A stretch of DNA of 64,000 nt from a bacterium (GCA_031409775.1 JANNXY010000042.1:165-64164), one strand, 5' to 3'; shown: positions 48,452 to 59,008, counted from the stretch's first letter. Numbers and translations are program-made. The notes: generated by a model from the sequence alone, not told the origin.

Positions 48452-49714
48452 TTATAACAGGAATCTTTTTGCACGTCTCTGTCTATGGAATGTTATCGCG
48501 TATCTGTGACACTCTGCATTGAGCTTGATGATGTCTGTGTTGTATTTATCTACCACATCCGTATCACCAATTATCGCACGAGCTTTGTGTCTGTCATCTT
48601 TAACAACACTTAACACTTTTATTTTTTCAGCTAAACCCTTTTCTGATATAATTTTATCTGCGGCGTTTTTCTGGGCATCTCCGCCATCTACTACGAGTAT
48701 ATCTGGTAGTCTCCACTCTGGATGGTTGAGCCTCCGTGAGAGAGTTTCTGTGAGTGCACCGGTGTCGTTGCTCGATGTGTAGTTTCTTATGATAAATTTC
48801 CTATACTCTGCACGTACGAATTCCCCATCCTGCATCACCACCATGACCCCCACCATATCTGTACCAGACATATGTGCGATGTCGTATGCTTCTAATCGAA
48901 GACTGGGCTCTAGGTTAGAGCTATTAGCTTTCAGTGGAGACTCATACTTTATGAGGGATACATCGCGTATATGCTCGAGTGCAAATATCTGGTTACGAAT
49001 AGTTCTAGCTAGTTCGAACTCTTCTGCTTTCGCGGCAGATTTCATCTCTGTATTCAGACTTGCTAGCAACTTCTTTTTCTTGCCTTGGAAAAACAGTGAT
49101 ATGTTACGAATAGTTCGAGAATATTCTTTCTTTGTAATTACACCTGCACATACACCAGGGCATTTGCCTATCATGTAGTTGAAGCATGGACGTTTTGCGA
49201 GTACACCTGGACATTTCTCGTCTCGATAAGGAAAGATCCTTCGGATAATCTTCAGGGCTTCCTTGATAGACCGGGACTCTGGGTATGGACCGAAGCTAGC
49301 TTTTAGCTGATAGCTTACAGCTTCTAGATCTTTCTTCCTTACGAGCTTTATCACTGGGAAATCTTCGTCTGTTATCACTACACAGTAGAAGCTCTTGTCA
49401 TCTTTCTCTTTAGTATTGAATTCTGGTTTGAATTTGCGGATCAGATCCGCCTCGAGTATGAGCGCCTCGAGTACAGAGTCGGTGGGTTGATGATCTATTG
49501 ACTTGGCTTCGAGCATCATGTTCACGAGTAGCTGACCGCGAGTGGTTATGAGGTCTTTACCAAAGTAGCTCCTCACTCTATCACGCAGGCTTGTCGCCTT
49601 GCCAATGTATAGAATTTTCTTGTTGCGTCCAAGGAAAAAGTACACCCCCGGAGTATCAGGGAGTTTTTTGAGCTTATTTATTAACGCTTTGCTGTGTGTT
49701 TGACTATTCATCAA
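48452..49714 (-). CDS. uvrC: excinuclease ABC subunit C (short; GIY-YIG + UVR + RNase H-like, no HhH)
   Basis: PDTPGVY, YIGKA.SLR.RV.SYF, EAYDIAH, PDILVVDGG, HRYAITFHR. Confidence 0.9.
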   Translation of the reverse strand: MMNSQTHSKALINKLKKLPDTPGVYFFLGRNKKILYIGKATSLRDRVRSYFGKDLITTRGQLLVNMMLEAKSIDHQPTDSVLEALILEADLIRKFKPEFNTKEKDDKSFYCVVITDEDFPVIKLVRKKDLEAVSYQLKASFGPYPESRSIKEALKIIRRIFPYRDEKCPGVLAKRPCFNYMIGKCPGVCAGVITKKEYSRTIRNISLFFQGKKKKLLASLNTEMKSAAKAEEFELARTIRNQIFALEHIRDVSLIKYESPLKANSSNLEPSLRLEAYDIAHMSGTDMVGVMVVMQDGEFVRAEYRKFIIRNYTSSNDTGALTETLSRRLNHPEWRLPDILVVDGGDAQKNAADKIISEKGLAEKIKVLSVVKDDRHKARAIIGDTDVVDKYNTDIIKLNAECHRYAITFHRQRRAKRFLL

Positions 49715-49734
49715 ATGTATTATATACTATATTC

Positions 49735-49953
49735 ATGATAATTCCAACTCAGTTACCTACCGTCGCTCCAGAAATCCAGTTTGCAGGAATGATCAAGATA
49801 GGTGCGAGAGATGCGCTTCGAGATCCCAGCATTATGGGTACCCGTCTGCATCCAGCAACAGTTCTTTCTTTGGCAGAATCTGCAGGGATAAACATTGATC
49901 AAGAGGTCACTAACTTTCTTGCACAAGTACATCAAAAAGCTTTAGTAGCTTAG
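49735..49953 (+). CDS. orphan hypothetical protein (72 aa)
   Basis: TTGACT (49700)-17 nt-TATACT (49723)-6 nt-ATG. Confidence 0.55.
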   Translation: MIIPTQLPTVAPEIQFAGMIKIGARDALRDPSIMGTRLHPATVLSLAESAGINIDQEVTNFLAQVHQKALVA

Positions 49954-49967
49954 GGAATATTCCCTTT

Positions 49968-52556
49968 TTATTTAAGTATCTTCTTCAGGTATTTGCCTGT
50001 ATAACTCTTGGGATTGTTGGCAACTTCTTCGGGGGTACCCTTGGCCACCAGTGAGCCACCATTTATACCTCCTTCGGGTCCAATATCGATAACATAGTCA
50101 CATGACTTGATCACGTCAAGGTTATGCTCGATCACGAGAACCGAGTTCCCCTTCTTGACCAGCCTCTCTAGGATCTCGATCAGCTTCCTCACATCCTCGT
50201 AATGTAGACCGATGGTCGGCTCGTCTAGTATATATAGAGTCTTCTCGACATGTGACCTGTACAGCTCCGAGGAAATCTTTACCCTCTGAGCTTCTCCTCC
50301 AGATAAAGTGGTTGCAGACTGACCGAGCTTGAGATACCCGAGCCCTACATCGAGTAGTGTATCGATGCGATCAGATATAGCAGGGATATCTTTGAAAAAT
50401 TCTACGGATTCCTCAACTGTCATCTGGAGTACATCGTAGATGCTCTTTTTCTTGTATTTCACCTCTAGGGTTTCTTTCATAAACCTCTTGCCACCACATA
50501 GGTCACAAGTCACGTAGACAGTTGGTAAGAAATGCATCTCGACTTCTATAACACCATTACCCTGACACGCTTCACAACGGCCACCTTTAACATTGAATGA
50601 GAACCTACCTGGACCCCAACCACGTACCCTGGCGTCTTCGCTCGCAGCAAATAGATCCCTGATATGGGTAAATGCTCCTGTGTATGTCGCAGGGTTAGAC
50701 CGAGGTGTCCTACCGATCGGACTCTGGTCAATGAGTATTGACCTGGAAATGTATTCGGAGCTGAACGCTGTACAGTTAAATACCTCTGCCGTCCTATGCC
50801 TACGCTCGAGTTTCGCCTGCAGATTCTTGTACAGAATTTCATAAACGAAAGAAGACTTGCCCGAGCCGGAGACCCCTGTGACAGCTACGAGCCTACCGAG
50901 CGGTATGTCTACATTCAAATTTTTAATATTAAATACTTTACCACCAGCGATCTTTATCTTGCCTTTATCCTGAGTACGGCGCTCATCAGGTACTTCTATC
51001 TCCTTCTCGCCACGTAGATACGATAATGTGAGCGAGCCGGAAGTATTTTTCTTTGCTGTTAGCAAGTCTTCGAGCCAACCCTGTACCACCACATTGCCAC
51101 CATGCACACCCGCACCTGGTCCAATGTCTATAATATAATCCGACGCATACATAGTGTCCTCGTCGTGCTCGACTACGATGATGGTGTTACCCATGTCTCG
51201 CAGATGTGTGAGAGTCTTGATCAGTCTATCATTGTCGCGCTGATGCAGACCTATAGTAGGCTCATCTAGCACATATAGCGCTCCGACGAGTCCCGAACCT
51301 AGCTGTGATGCCAACCTGATGCGTTGTGCCTCTCCACCAGAGAGCGTGTTGGCTCGCCTGTCTAGAGTCAGATACTCTATACCCACATTCTCCATGAACT
51401 CTAGACGATTCATTATCTCCTTTACGATTACTTTGGAAATCTCGCGCTCCTGTGGGTTTAGTTTTAATTCTAGGAAGAAATTCTGCGCATCTGCAATCGA
51501 TAATGCAGTAATGTTCACAATGTTTTTCTTGTCACCCATGTACACATGCAGAGCTTCTGGACGGAGTCGCGCTCCCATACAAACTGGACATGACTCGTGG
51601 GTAAAGAATTCCTTGGTACCCAACCCATTGCATTCTGGGCATGCTCCGTATGGTGAGTTAAATGAAAACAATCTAGGCTCGATCTCTGGATAAGAAAACC
51701 CATCATATGGGCACATAAATTTGGACGAGATGAGTTTGGACTCATTTCCTGATACGACTCTGATCAGACCATCAGACTCATGGAGCGCACGCTCTATAGA
51801 CTCTGACAAACGCTCTTTGTAGCCGACTTTTTTCTGTCTTATTTCTGATATATAGAACTCATCAACAAGCACATCGATATCGTGCTTCTTGTTCTTGCTT
51901 AGAACTATCTGCTCGCGGAGGTTCATCACCTTGCCATCTACCATGACCTTCTCGAAGCCTTTGCCCAGTAGGTCATAAAGCATTTGATAGTATTCACCCT
52001 TCCTCCCGACAACTAGCGGAGCAAATATTGAAACCTTCATATCGTCGAGCGATACCCCCATCACAGTTTTACTTGATACTTTTAGACCTTCTACTGTATG
52101 CACAATAGTCTCAAATATCTGCTCATTGGTGAGCTTTTTTATTTCTCTACCGCATTCTAGACAATGCGGGGTACCAATCCTCGCAAATAATATTCGCAAA
52201 TAATCGTATATTTCTGTAATAGTTGCAACAGTTGAGCGAGGGTTGTTGGAGCGTGATTTCTGGTCGATTGATATAGCTGGTGATAGGCCAGAAATCTCGT
52301 CTACATCAGGCTTCTGCATTGTATTTAGGAATTGTCTAGCATACGCAGAGAGTGACTCGACATAGCGTCTCTGACCCTCGGCAAATATAGTATCGAATGC
52401 GAGCGAGGATTTACCTGAGCCAGATAAGCCAGTTATCGCGATCATTTTGTTGCGAGGCATCTCTACTGTGATATTCTTTAGGTTATGCGTCCGAGCACCC
52501 TTTACAACAATGGATTCAGCTGGACCAAGTTTGGGATTAGTCTTCTTTTCTTTCAA
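49968..52556 (-). CDS. uvrA: excinuclease ABC subunit A
   Basis: two GxSGSGKSS Walker A motifs, two LSGGEAQR signatures, zinc fingers. Confidence 0.97.
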   Translation of the reverse strand: MKEKKTNPKLGPAESIVVKGARTHNLKNITVEMPRNKMIAITGLSGSGKSSLAFDTIFAEGQRRYVESLSAYARQFLNTMQKPDVDEISGLSPAISIDQKSRSNNPRSTVATITEIYDYLRILFARIGTPHCLECGREIKKLTNEQIFETIVHTVEGLKVSSKTVMGVSLDDMKVSIFAPLVVGRKGEYYQMLYDLLGKGFEKVMVDGKVMNLREQIVLSKNKKHDIDVLVDEFYISEIRQKKVGYKERLSESIERALHESDGLIRVVSGNESKLISSKFMCPYDGFSYPEIEPRLFSFNSPYGACPECNGLGTKEFFTHESCPVCMGARLRPEALHVYMGDKKNIVNITALSIADAQNFFLELKLNPQEREISKVIVKEIMNRLEFMENVGIEYLTLDRRANTLSGGEAQRIRLASQLGSGLVGALYVLDEPTIGLHQRDNDRLIKTLTHLRDMGNTIIVVEHDEDTMYASDYIIDIGPGAGVHGGNVVVQGWLEDLLTAKKNTSGSLTLSYLRGEKEIEVPDERRTQDKGKIKIAGGKVFNIKNLNVDIPLGRLVAVTGVSGSGKSSFVYEILYKNLQAKLERRHRTAEVFNCTAFSSEYISRSILIDQSPIGRTPRSNPATYTGAFTHIRDLFAASEDARVRGWGPGRFSFNVKGGRCEACQGNGVIEVEMHFLPTVYVTCDLCGGKRFMKETLEVKYKKKSIYDVLQMTVEESVEFFKDIPAISDRIDTLLDVGLGYLKLGQSATTLSGGEAQRVKISSELYRSHVEKTLYILDEPTIGLHYEDVRKLIEILERLVKKGNSVLVIEHNLDVIKSCDYVIDIGPEGGINGGSLVAKGTPEEVANNPKSYTGKYLKKILK

Positions 52557-52571
52557 AGTCTAGAAATAGTA

Positions 52572-53390
52572 CTATACCGAAGGCTTCTTGGCCAGAGCTT
52601 TAATTTCTTCGAAAATTCTGTCGAGCCCTACAAGTGCTTTGACAAAGAATTTGCTTGCTCCGAGCTTGAAACATTTTTCCATATCGTTTCTTTGGTCTAG
52701 ATTAGACAATACTATTACTGGAATCGGCTTAGTTCTTTCATTTGCTTTTATCTTTTCTAGGATTTCGAATCCACTCGCCCCTGGCAATACTAGATCTAGA
52801 ATAATAGCATCATACATCGATTTCTCGAGAAATACATAAGCTTCCTCGCCACTTTTAGCCAAGGAATAATTGGCACCAGTTGCAGCCAGCTTACGACTTA
52901 CAATAGATGCTAGAAACATATCGTCTTCTACCCACAATACAGATGTACCTTTGAGATTTACACCTTCAGATGCAACCCCTTCGACATCGATAATACTCTC
53001 AGTTGATGAAGTAGGATTCGATGCCTTGCCTAGAACTTTGTTTACACTTTCAAATACTTCCTCTGGAGTAATATTCGCCTTGATGAGCCTGTCTGATACG
53101 CTCAACTTGTCTAATCTATCAGACTGAACAAGTTGACCAGAGTTGGATATGAGTATTACTGGAATTTTGAGCAGCTCGCTATCTTTGGCCCTGGCCTCTA
53201 GAACTTGATAGCCATCCATTGACGGGATTTCGAGATCGAGCAATACGACGTCAGGTGACATCATTGTCATCTCTGACAGTCCTACTGCCCCATCCCTGAC
53301 CCAGCCCACATCGAATCCTTTGAGTTGAAAGAATTTCTCTAGTATTTTGCCCATATTTTCGTCATCTTCAATAATTAGAATTTTCGTCAT
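52572..53390 (-). CDS. response regulator with two receiver domains and no output domain
   Basis: IIEDD..LLDLEIP.MDG..ISN..K and WVEDD..ILDLVLP..SG..LSN..K. Confidence 0.88.
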   Translation of the reverse strand: MTKILIIEDDENMGKILEKFFQLKGFDVGWVRDGAVGLSEMTMMSPDVVLLDLEIPSMDGYQVLEARAKDSELLKIPVILISNSGQLVQSDRLDKLSVSDRLIKANITPEEVFESVNKVLGKASNPTSSTESIIDVEGVASEGVNLKGTSVLWVEDDMFLASIVSRKLAATGANYSLAKSGEEAYVFLEKSMYDAIILDLVLPGASGFEILEKIKANERTKPIPVIVLSNLDQRNDMEKCFKLGASKFFVKALVGLDRIFEEIKALAKKPSV

Positions 53391-53399
53391 GTTATGTTG

Positions 53400-54374
53400 T
53401 TATCCTGATTTTGGTAAACTAAATGTAAACACTGAACCTTTGCCCTCCTCTGACTCGAACCCTACGGTTCCTCCGTGTTTCTCTATTATACTTTTAACTA
53501 TAAATAAACCCAAGCCCGAACCATTGGCAACTTCCTTGGAAGCGTTTCTAGCTCTGTAGAATTTGCTAAATATGTATGCCTGCTGGTCTTTGGGTATACC
53601 TATCCCCGTATCTCTAACGCTTACATTTACGTTGTTGTGCTCTTCGTATACTTGGATTGTAATACTACCATTGTCTGGTGTATATTTTACAGCATTCTCT
53701 AGCAAGTTTTGGATTACCCCACGAATTTTTTCCTTGTCAGCAAATGTATTACATATATCCCCACTACATCCAGCATAGTGCAAATTAATCTTCTTTAAAT
53801 CTGCTGCCGGCTTCACTTCATATGTGACATCATCTATCAACTCACCGATATTGACAGCAACCTTCATCAAATCGTTTCTACCATTATCCAACTTGTCTGC
53901 GAGCAACATTCCTTCTACAAGTGATATCAAGTGATTATTACTCTCCTCTCCTCTGCGCAGAAATTCCTCTTGGTCCAAGTTCAGCGGACCAAGTTCCTTT
54001 TTTAGTAGCATTAGTAACATCCACTTCATCGCAGATAGTGGTGTCCTCATCTGATGAGCGATAATAGAGATGAATTCGGACTTCTGATTATCAATCATTC
54101 GTAACTTGTCATTGGCCTTCATGAGTTCTAGATCCCTCTTTATGAGTAGTTTAGACGATTCATCTTGTTCTTTGATCAACCCTGTGAGCTTGAGTCTCTG
54201 ATCTACGCCGAAACTCACGATCTTTTTAAAGAATGCTACTAGAAATACAATATTGATGAGAAGTAGGTAGCTCGTATATATGAGTTCGACTTCCTCATGT
54301 GTGAGCTTCACAGCAAGTATAATACCTACTGAAATCAAAAGCTCTGTAATTATAAGAAATGGTATGGTCCACAT
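53400..54374 (-). CDS. sensor histidine kinase (2 TM, HisKA + HATPase_c)
   Basis: AHQMRTPL, NLLENAVKYT, DTGIGI, GSGLGL. Confidence 0.93.
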   Translation of the reverse strand: MWTIPFLIITELLISVGIILAVKLTHEEVELIYTSYLLLINIVFLVAFFKKIVSFGVDQRLKLTGLIKEQDESSKLLIKRDLELMKANDKLRMIDNQKSEFISIIAHQMRTPLSAMKWMLLMLLKKELGPLNLDQEEFLRRGEESNNHLISLVEGMLLADKLDNGRNDLMKVAVNIGELIDDVTYEVKPAADLKKINLHYAGCSGDICNTFADKEKIRGVIQNLLENAVKYTPDNGSITIQVYEEHNNVNVSVRDTGIGIPKDQQAYIFSKFYRARNASKEVANGSGLGLFIVKSIIEKHGGTVGFESEEGKGSVFTFSLPKSG

Positions 54375-54377
54375 AAA

Positions 54378-55538
54378 TTATTCTGCCAGAATTAATATTA
54401 CCACAGTTTCGTTGTGAAATTCAGATCTGCATTGCTCGCCATAAGTGTAGAATCCGATCATGGGGACGTCGGGGCTTATTACACTCTGAATCTTCTTTAT
54501 TTCTTCGCTAGATCTCTCACCGAACAATTTGCGACGAGCTATACAACTAAATAGAATAACAGCCCTAGGTATAGATCCTCTGATCTGTGTCATGGCACCA
54601 ACTGCAGCTTCACCAGCTGCGTTTATCGCTTCATCGAAGCTACCTATCATTATCTGTATATCGACACCCTCGGGGACTTCGGCTACACAAGTTATGGAGC
54701 CACTGGGATCAACTGTCAGAGGATCTCTAATCAGCATTTCGTTGTTCGAAGGATTCTTTATCCCCAATGGATACATGATTGCCAGTCTGGCTAGCTTCTC
54801 TTTCTCGATGTCCACTGCTTCTTTGCCGAAATAGTCTTTATAGATATTTATAGCCGGCTTGCCATCTAGCTCATGTATTATTGAACCCTCGGCCCTAGTT
54901 ACCTTGCGAGGGGTTCCAATAGGGATCCAGCCATGTCGCACACCGATGCCAGCCTTGATCGGGCCAGATATGGCTAGGGCGACCACTGATCCTGTGTAGA
55001 CCTTGCCATTTAAGTATTGATAAGTTTTTTCAAACACTAGCCCATCCCCAGCTGTCCCACCAACTATCGGGAAGTTGTCTCCGAGCACACTAGCTATACC
55101 TCTCACTATCTCGGCCCCGTTCCCAGTAAATGCATCTGGGAACATCATGAACACATCTGGATTTCCAGATATCTGATCTACAATAGATTTCGCAACACTT
55201 TCTCCGGCTTTGCGCGCACCATCGGTGATATTGCTTCCTATCGCTGAATAGAATTTAAGGTTATCGGAATATAACGCCATCACTGCAATAGAATCCCTGT
55301 TCGATGGGCCCTCAGTCGTGATCTCTCCTGCTGTAGAGCATCCAATAATAGTTGAATCAGGACCTACGATAGACACGATTCCCTCCAGGAGCTTCTCCTG
55401 ATCATAAGACACATAGGCAAAAACAATATAAGCACTCGCTTTGCTTTCTTTGATTGATAAAAGTGCTTGTCTGGCGGCATTTGCTCCTTCGATGAAAGCA
55501 TCCGTGCCAGCACTAGATCCTACTCCTGCTTTTAACAT
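54378..55538 (-). CDS. FIST N/C domain protein (NosP-like sensor)
   Basis: GCSTAGEI, GGTAGD, ELDGKPA, SCIARR, GFYTYGE. Confidence 0.92.
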   Translation of the reverse strand: MLKAGVGSSAGTDAFIEGANAARQALLSIKESKASAYIVFAYVSYDQEKLLEGIVSIVGPDSTIIGCSTAGEITTEGPSNRDSIAVMALYSDNLKFYSAIGSNITDGARKAGESVAKSIVDQISGNPDVFMMFPDAFTGNGAEIVRGIASVLGDNFPIVGGTAGDGLVFEKTYQYLNGKVYTGSVVALAISGPIKAGIGVRHGWIPIGTPRKVTRAEGSIIHELDGKPAINIYKDYFGKEAVDIEKEKLARLAIMYPLGIKNPSNNEMLIRDPLTVDPSGSITCVAEVPEGVDIQIMIGSFDEAINAAGEAAVGAMTQIRGSIPRAVILFSCIARRKLFGERSSEEIKKIQSVISPDVPMIGFYTYGEQCRSEFHNETVVILILAE

Positions 55539-55545
55539 GAAGATA

Positions 55546-57582
55546 TTATAAACCCTTTCTCTTCTTTTTGGTAGGCTTCACACCTTGCAAACTGCGTATC
55601 TCATCACGGATGAGTGCTGCTGTTTCAAAGTCGAGCTCTTCTACCGCTTGTCGCATTTGATCTTCTTTTTCTTTTAGATATTTCTCGGGATCTTTCTCAT
55701 ATAATGATTTCTCCAGGTTTACGAGCACATCCACTGCTTTATCATGATCTTTGCGGAGTTCCTCGGTGATGTCTCTTATTTTCTTTATGATTGTCTTTGG
55801 CGTAATGCCGTGCTTGGTATTGTAAGCAACCTGGATTTTCCTTCTCCTATCGGTCTCCTTTATTGACCTCTCGATAGATCCTGTCATCTTGTCTGCATAC
55901 AGAGTTACGCGACCCTCTACATTGCGCGCAGCGCGACCGATAATCTGGATAAGTGAAGTTTCCGAACGCAGGAAGCCTTCTTTGTCTGCATCGAATATCC
56001 CAATCATCGCTACTTCTGGCAAATCGATTCCTTCTCGCAGAAGGTTAACTCCCACGAGCACATCATACTCCCCCTTCCTCAGATCTGTGAGTATTTCGAT
56101 TCTCTCGATCGTTTTGATATCACTGTGCAGGTATCTCGCCTTTATATTTTTTTCCTTTAGATATTCTGACAGATCCTCTGCCATTTTCTTGGTCAGTGTC
56201 GTACCTATCACCCTGAAGCCTTTGGCGATCACTTTCTCTGCCTCTGCGATGAAGTCTGCAATCTGGCCTTTGTAACCCCCCTTCTCTGTCACGGGTTTGA
56301 TAGTCACTATCGGATCAACGAGCCCAGTCGGCCTGATAATCTGCTCCACTACCTGCTCACTATGTTCTGCCTCGTATTGTGATGGTGTAGCTGAAGTGTA
56401 AATACATTGTCCAACCCTTTCTTCGAACTCGACGAATTTGAGAGGTCGGTTGTCCCTAGCAGATGGTAGTCTGAATCCATAATCGATCAGAGTATTCTTG
56501 CGCGAAGCATCACCGGCATACATACCACCGATCTGTGGTATAGATACATGTGATTCATCTATGATAGTTAGGAAATTCGGGCTGCCATCTGCATCATGTG
56601 GGAAGTATGACAGAAGCGTATCTGGTGCCTCACCAGGCATCTTGCCGGAGAAATGTCTAGAATAATTCTCTATACCGTTGCAGTAACCTATTTCCTTGAT
56701 CATTGCTAGGTCATAGCTGGTCTTTCTCTTTAGTCTTTCTACTTCTAGCACCTTACCCTCTTTTTCTAATTCTTTTAATCTAGTTGCGAGCTCCGCCTTG
56801 ATCGTCTCGTAGGCCCTCTTCTGCTGTGTAGGATCAGAGATGAAATGTTTGGCAGGGAAAATAAACACATGCTTTTCTTCGGAAATTATTGTGCGCGTCA
56901 CTGCATCGATCAGAGTTACCCCACTGATTTTGTTACCATCAAATGTCACCCTTATTATATACCGCTCACTTACAGGCATAACCTCGGCCGAGTTGCCTAG
57001 GGCACGGAACTGACCTGGTGATAGATCTGCGGTAGTTCTTTCGAAGTGAATACCCACAAGTTTCTTTAGAAATTCTTGTCTAGAGATTTCCATACCCACT
57101 TCAACTCTCATATTTACCCTCTCGTACTCCGCTGGACTACCGAGTCCATAAATACACGAAACAGATGCCACGATAATCACGTCTTTGCGGGTAAGCAATG
57201 CTTGGGTAGATGCATGTCGCAAACGCTCGATCTCTTCGTTGATCATAGCCTCCTTCTCTATATATGTATCAGAATTCGGCATATAAGCCTCTGGCTGGTA
57301 GTAGTCGTAGTATGATACAAAGTAATGCACAGCATTGTTGGGGAAGAAATCCCTGTACTCCTGTGCGAGCTGAGCCGCGAGAGTCTTGTTGTGAGCGATC
57401 ACCAGTGTTGGCTTGCCGATCTGGGCGATCACATTGGCTACTGTAAAAGTCTTGCCAGATCCAGTCACACCCAGTAGTGTCTGATGCTTGTAGCCATCAC
57501 GAATGCCCATAACAAGGTCCTTGATAGCTTGTGGCTGATCCCCTGCTGGGCTAAATGCGTTGTTGATTTGGAATAGGGGCAT
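55546..57582 (-). CDS. uvrB: excinuclease ABC subunit B
   Basis: GVTGSGKT, YYDYYQPEAY, DESH, GRAARN, C-terminal UVR domain. Confidence 0.98.
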   Translation of the reverse strand: MPLFQINNAFSPAGDQPQAIKDLVMGIRDGYKHQTLLGVTGSGKTFTVANVIAQIGKPTLVIAHNKTLAAQLAQEYRDFFPNNAVHYFVSYYDYYQPEAYMPNSDTYIEKEAMINEEIERLRHASTQALLTRKDVIIVASVSCIYGLGSPAEYERVNMRVEVGMEISRQEFLKKLVGIHFERTTADLSPGQFRALGNSAEVMPVSERYIIRVTFDGNKISGVTLIDAVTRTIISEEKHVFIFPAKHFISDPTQQKRAYETIKAELATRLKELEKEGKVLEVERLKRKTSYDLAMIKEIGYCNGIENYSRHFSGKMPGEAPDTLLSYFPHDADGSPNFLTIIDESHVSIPQIGGMYAGDASRKNTLIDYGFRLPSARDNRPLKFVEFEERVGQCIYTSATPSQYEAEHSEQVVEQIIRPTGLVDPIVTIKPVTEKGGYKGQIADFIAEAEKVIAKGFRVIGTTLTKKMAEDLSEYLKEKNIKARYLHSDIKTIERIEILTDLRKGEYDVLVGVNLLREGIDLPEVAMIGIFDADKEGFLRSETSLIQIIGRAARNVEGRVTLYADKMTGSIERSIKETDRRRKIQVAYNTKHGITPKTIIKKIRDITEELRKDHDKAVDVLVNLEKSLYEKDPEKYLKEKEDQMRQAVEELDFETAALIRDEIRSLQGVKPTKKKRKGL

Positions 57583-57602
57583 TGGGGTATTATATTATAC
57601 AT

Positions 57603-58847
57603 TTATTTACGCTGGTATATCGCTAGAAACTCCTCTTTGAATTTCAAAAAGGTTCCAGATAGAATATGCTCCCGCATTTCTTTGACCAGGTTGATAATGA
57701 AATACAAATTGTGAATACAGCACAGGGTGGATGCCAGGATTTCTTTGGCACGGTGGAGGTATGCGACATAAGCTCGGGTATAATTGCGACAAGTAAAGCA
57801 GTCACATTTACTATCAATCGGTCCGAGATCGCTCCTGAACTCTCTATTCAATATATTTATCTTGCCTCTACGAGTATACAGATTGCCGTGACGACCGATA
57901 CGAGTAGGCGCTACACAGTCAAATAAATCACAGCCCTGCTCCACCGCCATGAACAAGTCCTCTGGCTCGCCTATGCCCAGCAGATGGCGTGGTTTGTCAT
58001 CGGGGAGGATTTCATTGACCCATTTCACCGCAGTAGACATGTCTTCCTTGGCAAATGACCCACCGATACCGAATCCGTCGAATGCTCCTCCATTAACTTC
58101 CATCTTGCCTATTATTTCAGCAGACTCTTTGCGCAAATCTTCGAACCTGCCTCCCTGCACGATGCCGAACAGGGCTTGCATCGGCTTGCCGAAGCGTTTC
58201 GCGGAGGCGGCCTGATGATACTTTAAACTCTGTCTGGCCCAACGATGAGTTCTGTCCAGCGCCTCCCTCTGATACGTATACGTTTCGTTGGGCGATGTGC
58301 ATTCGTCGAAAGCAAATATCATATCCGCCCCAAGGTTATGCTGGATCTCGATCGATCGTGATGGAGTGATGTAATGCAGAGCTCCATCGAGGTGGGATTT
58401 AAATGTCACACCTTCCTCATCGATCTTGGCAAGTATGGGGTCGCGGTCCTCGAGCATTTCACGCTTAGCCTCACGTAGAAGCATCGGCGCGTCAGTTGGT
58501 TTGGTGATCTTACTTATATCTTTGCCATAGGCAGCACCGAGCGAGAACACCTGAAACCCACCTGAGTCCGTCATGAGCGGGCCTGGCCAATTCATCATCT
58601 GGTGCAGTCCTCCCTGCTCGGCTACTGCATGGTCACCAGGTTCCAGAAACAAATGATAGGTATTGCAGAGTCCTACCTGTGCACCAGTTTCTACTAGCTG
58701 CTCTGGGGTCATGGCCTTGAATGCTCCCTTGGTACCTACTGTCACAAAAGCGGGTGTATTTATATTGCCGTGTTTAGTCTCTATCACCCCCGCCCTCCCT
58801 AGCTTGTTTGGAATTTTCTTTTCTATACTAAATTTAATAGCAGGCAT
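57603..58847 (-). CDS. tgt: tRNA-guanine transglycosylase
   Basis: NTYHL, TDSGGFQVFSL, FDEC, GIVQGG, FDCVAPTR, CDCFTC. Confidence 0.96.
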   Translation of the reverse strand: MPAIKFSIEKKIPNKLGRAGVIETKHGNINTPAFVTVGTKGAFKAMTPEQLVETGAQVGLCNTYHLFLEPGDHAVAEQGGLHQMMNWPGPLMTDSGGFQVFSLGAAYGKDISKITKPTDAPMLLREAKREMLEDRDPILAKIDEEGVTFKSHLDGALHYITPSRSIEIQHNLGADMIFAFDECTSPNETYTYQREALDRTHRWARQSLKYHQAASAKRFGKPMQALFGIVQGGRFEDLRKESAEIIGKMEVNGGAFDGFGIGGSFAKEDMSTAVKWVNEILPDDKPRHLLGIGEPEDLFMAVEQGCDLFDCVAPTRIGRHGNLYTRRGKINILNREFRSDLGPIDSKCDCFTCRNYTRAYVAYLHRAKEILASTLCCIHNLYFIINLVKEMREHILSGTFLKFKEEFLAIYQRK

Positions 58848-58854
58848 AATTTGT

Positions 58855-58995
58855 CTATTCGACCAGTGCTGGTGAGGTTTCTAGGTCAGTATCGGTGATC
58901 GGGACCAGTCCGCTATCAGAGAAAATAATGAAATATCCCACTACTATAACAGCTATAGAAACCGCGATACATTCTTTCTTACTTAATGTTTTCAT
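58855..58995 (-). CDS. small 46-aa single-TM protein (not in ORF track)
   Basis: MKTLSKKECIAVSIAVIVVGYFIIFSDSGLVPITDTDLETSPALVE fills the gap between the ABC ATPase and tgt. Confidence 0.55.
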   Translation of the reverse strand: MKTLSKKECIAVSIAVIVVGYFIIFSDSGLVPITDTDLETSPALVE

Positions 58996-59008
58996 ATAAT
59001 TAATATTA

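Noticed and set aside
58848-59008. Possible preQ1 riboswitch ahead of tgt
   Set aside because: No consensus found; the gap is filled by a small ORF
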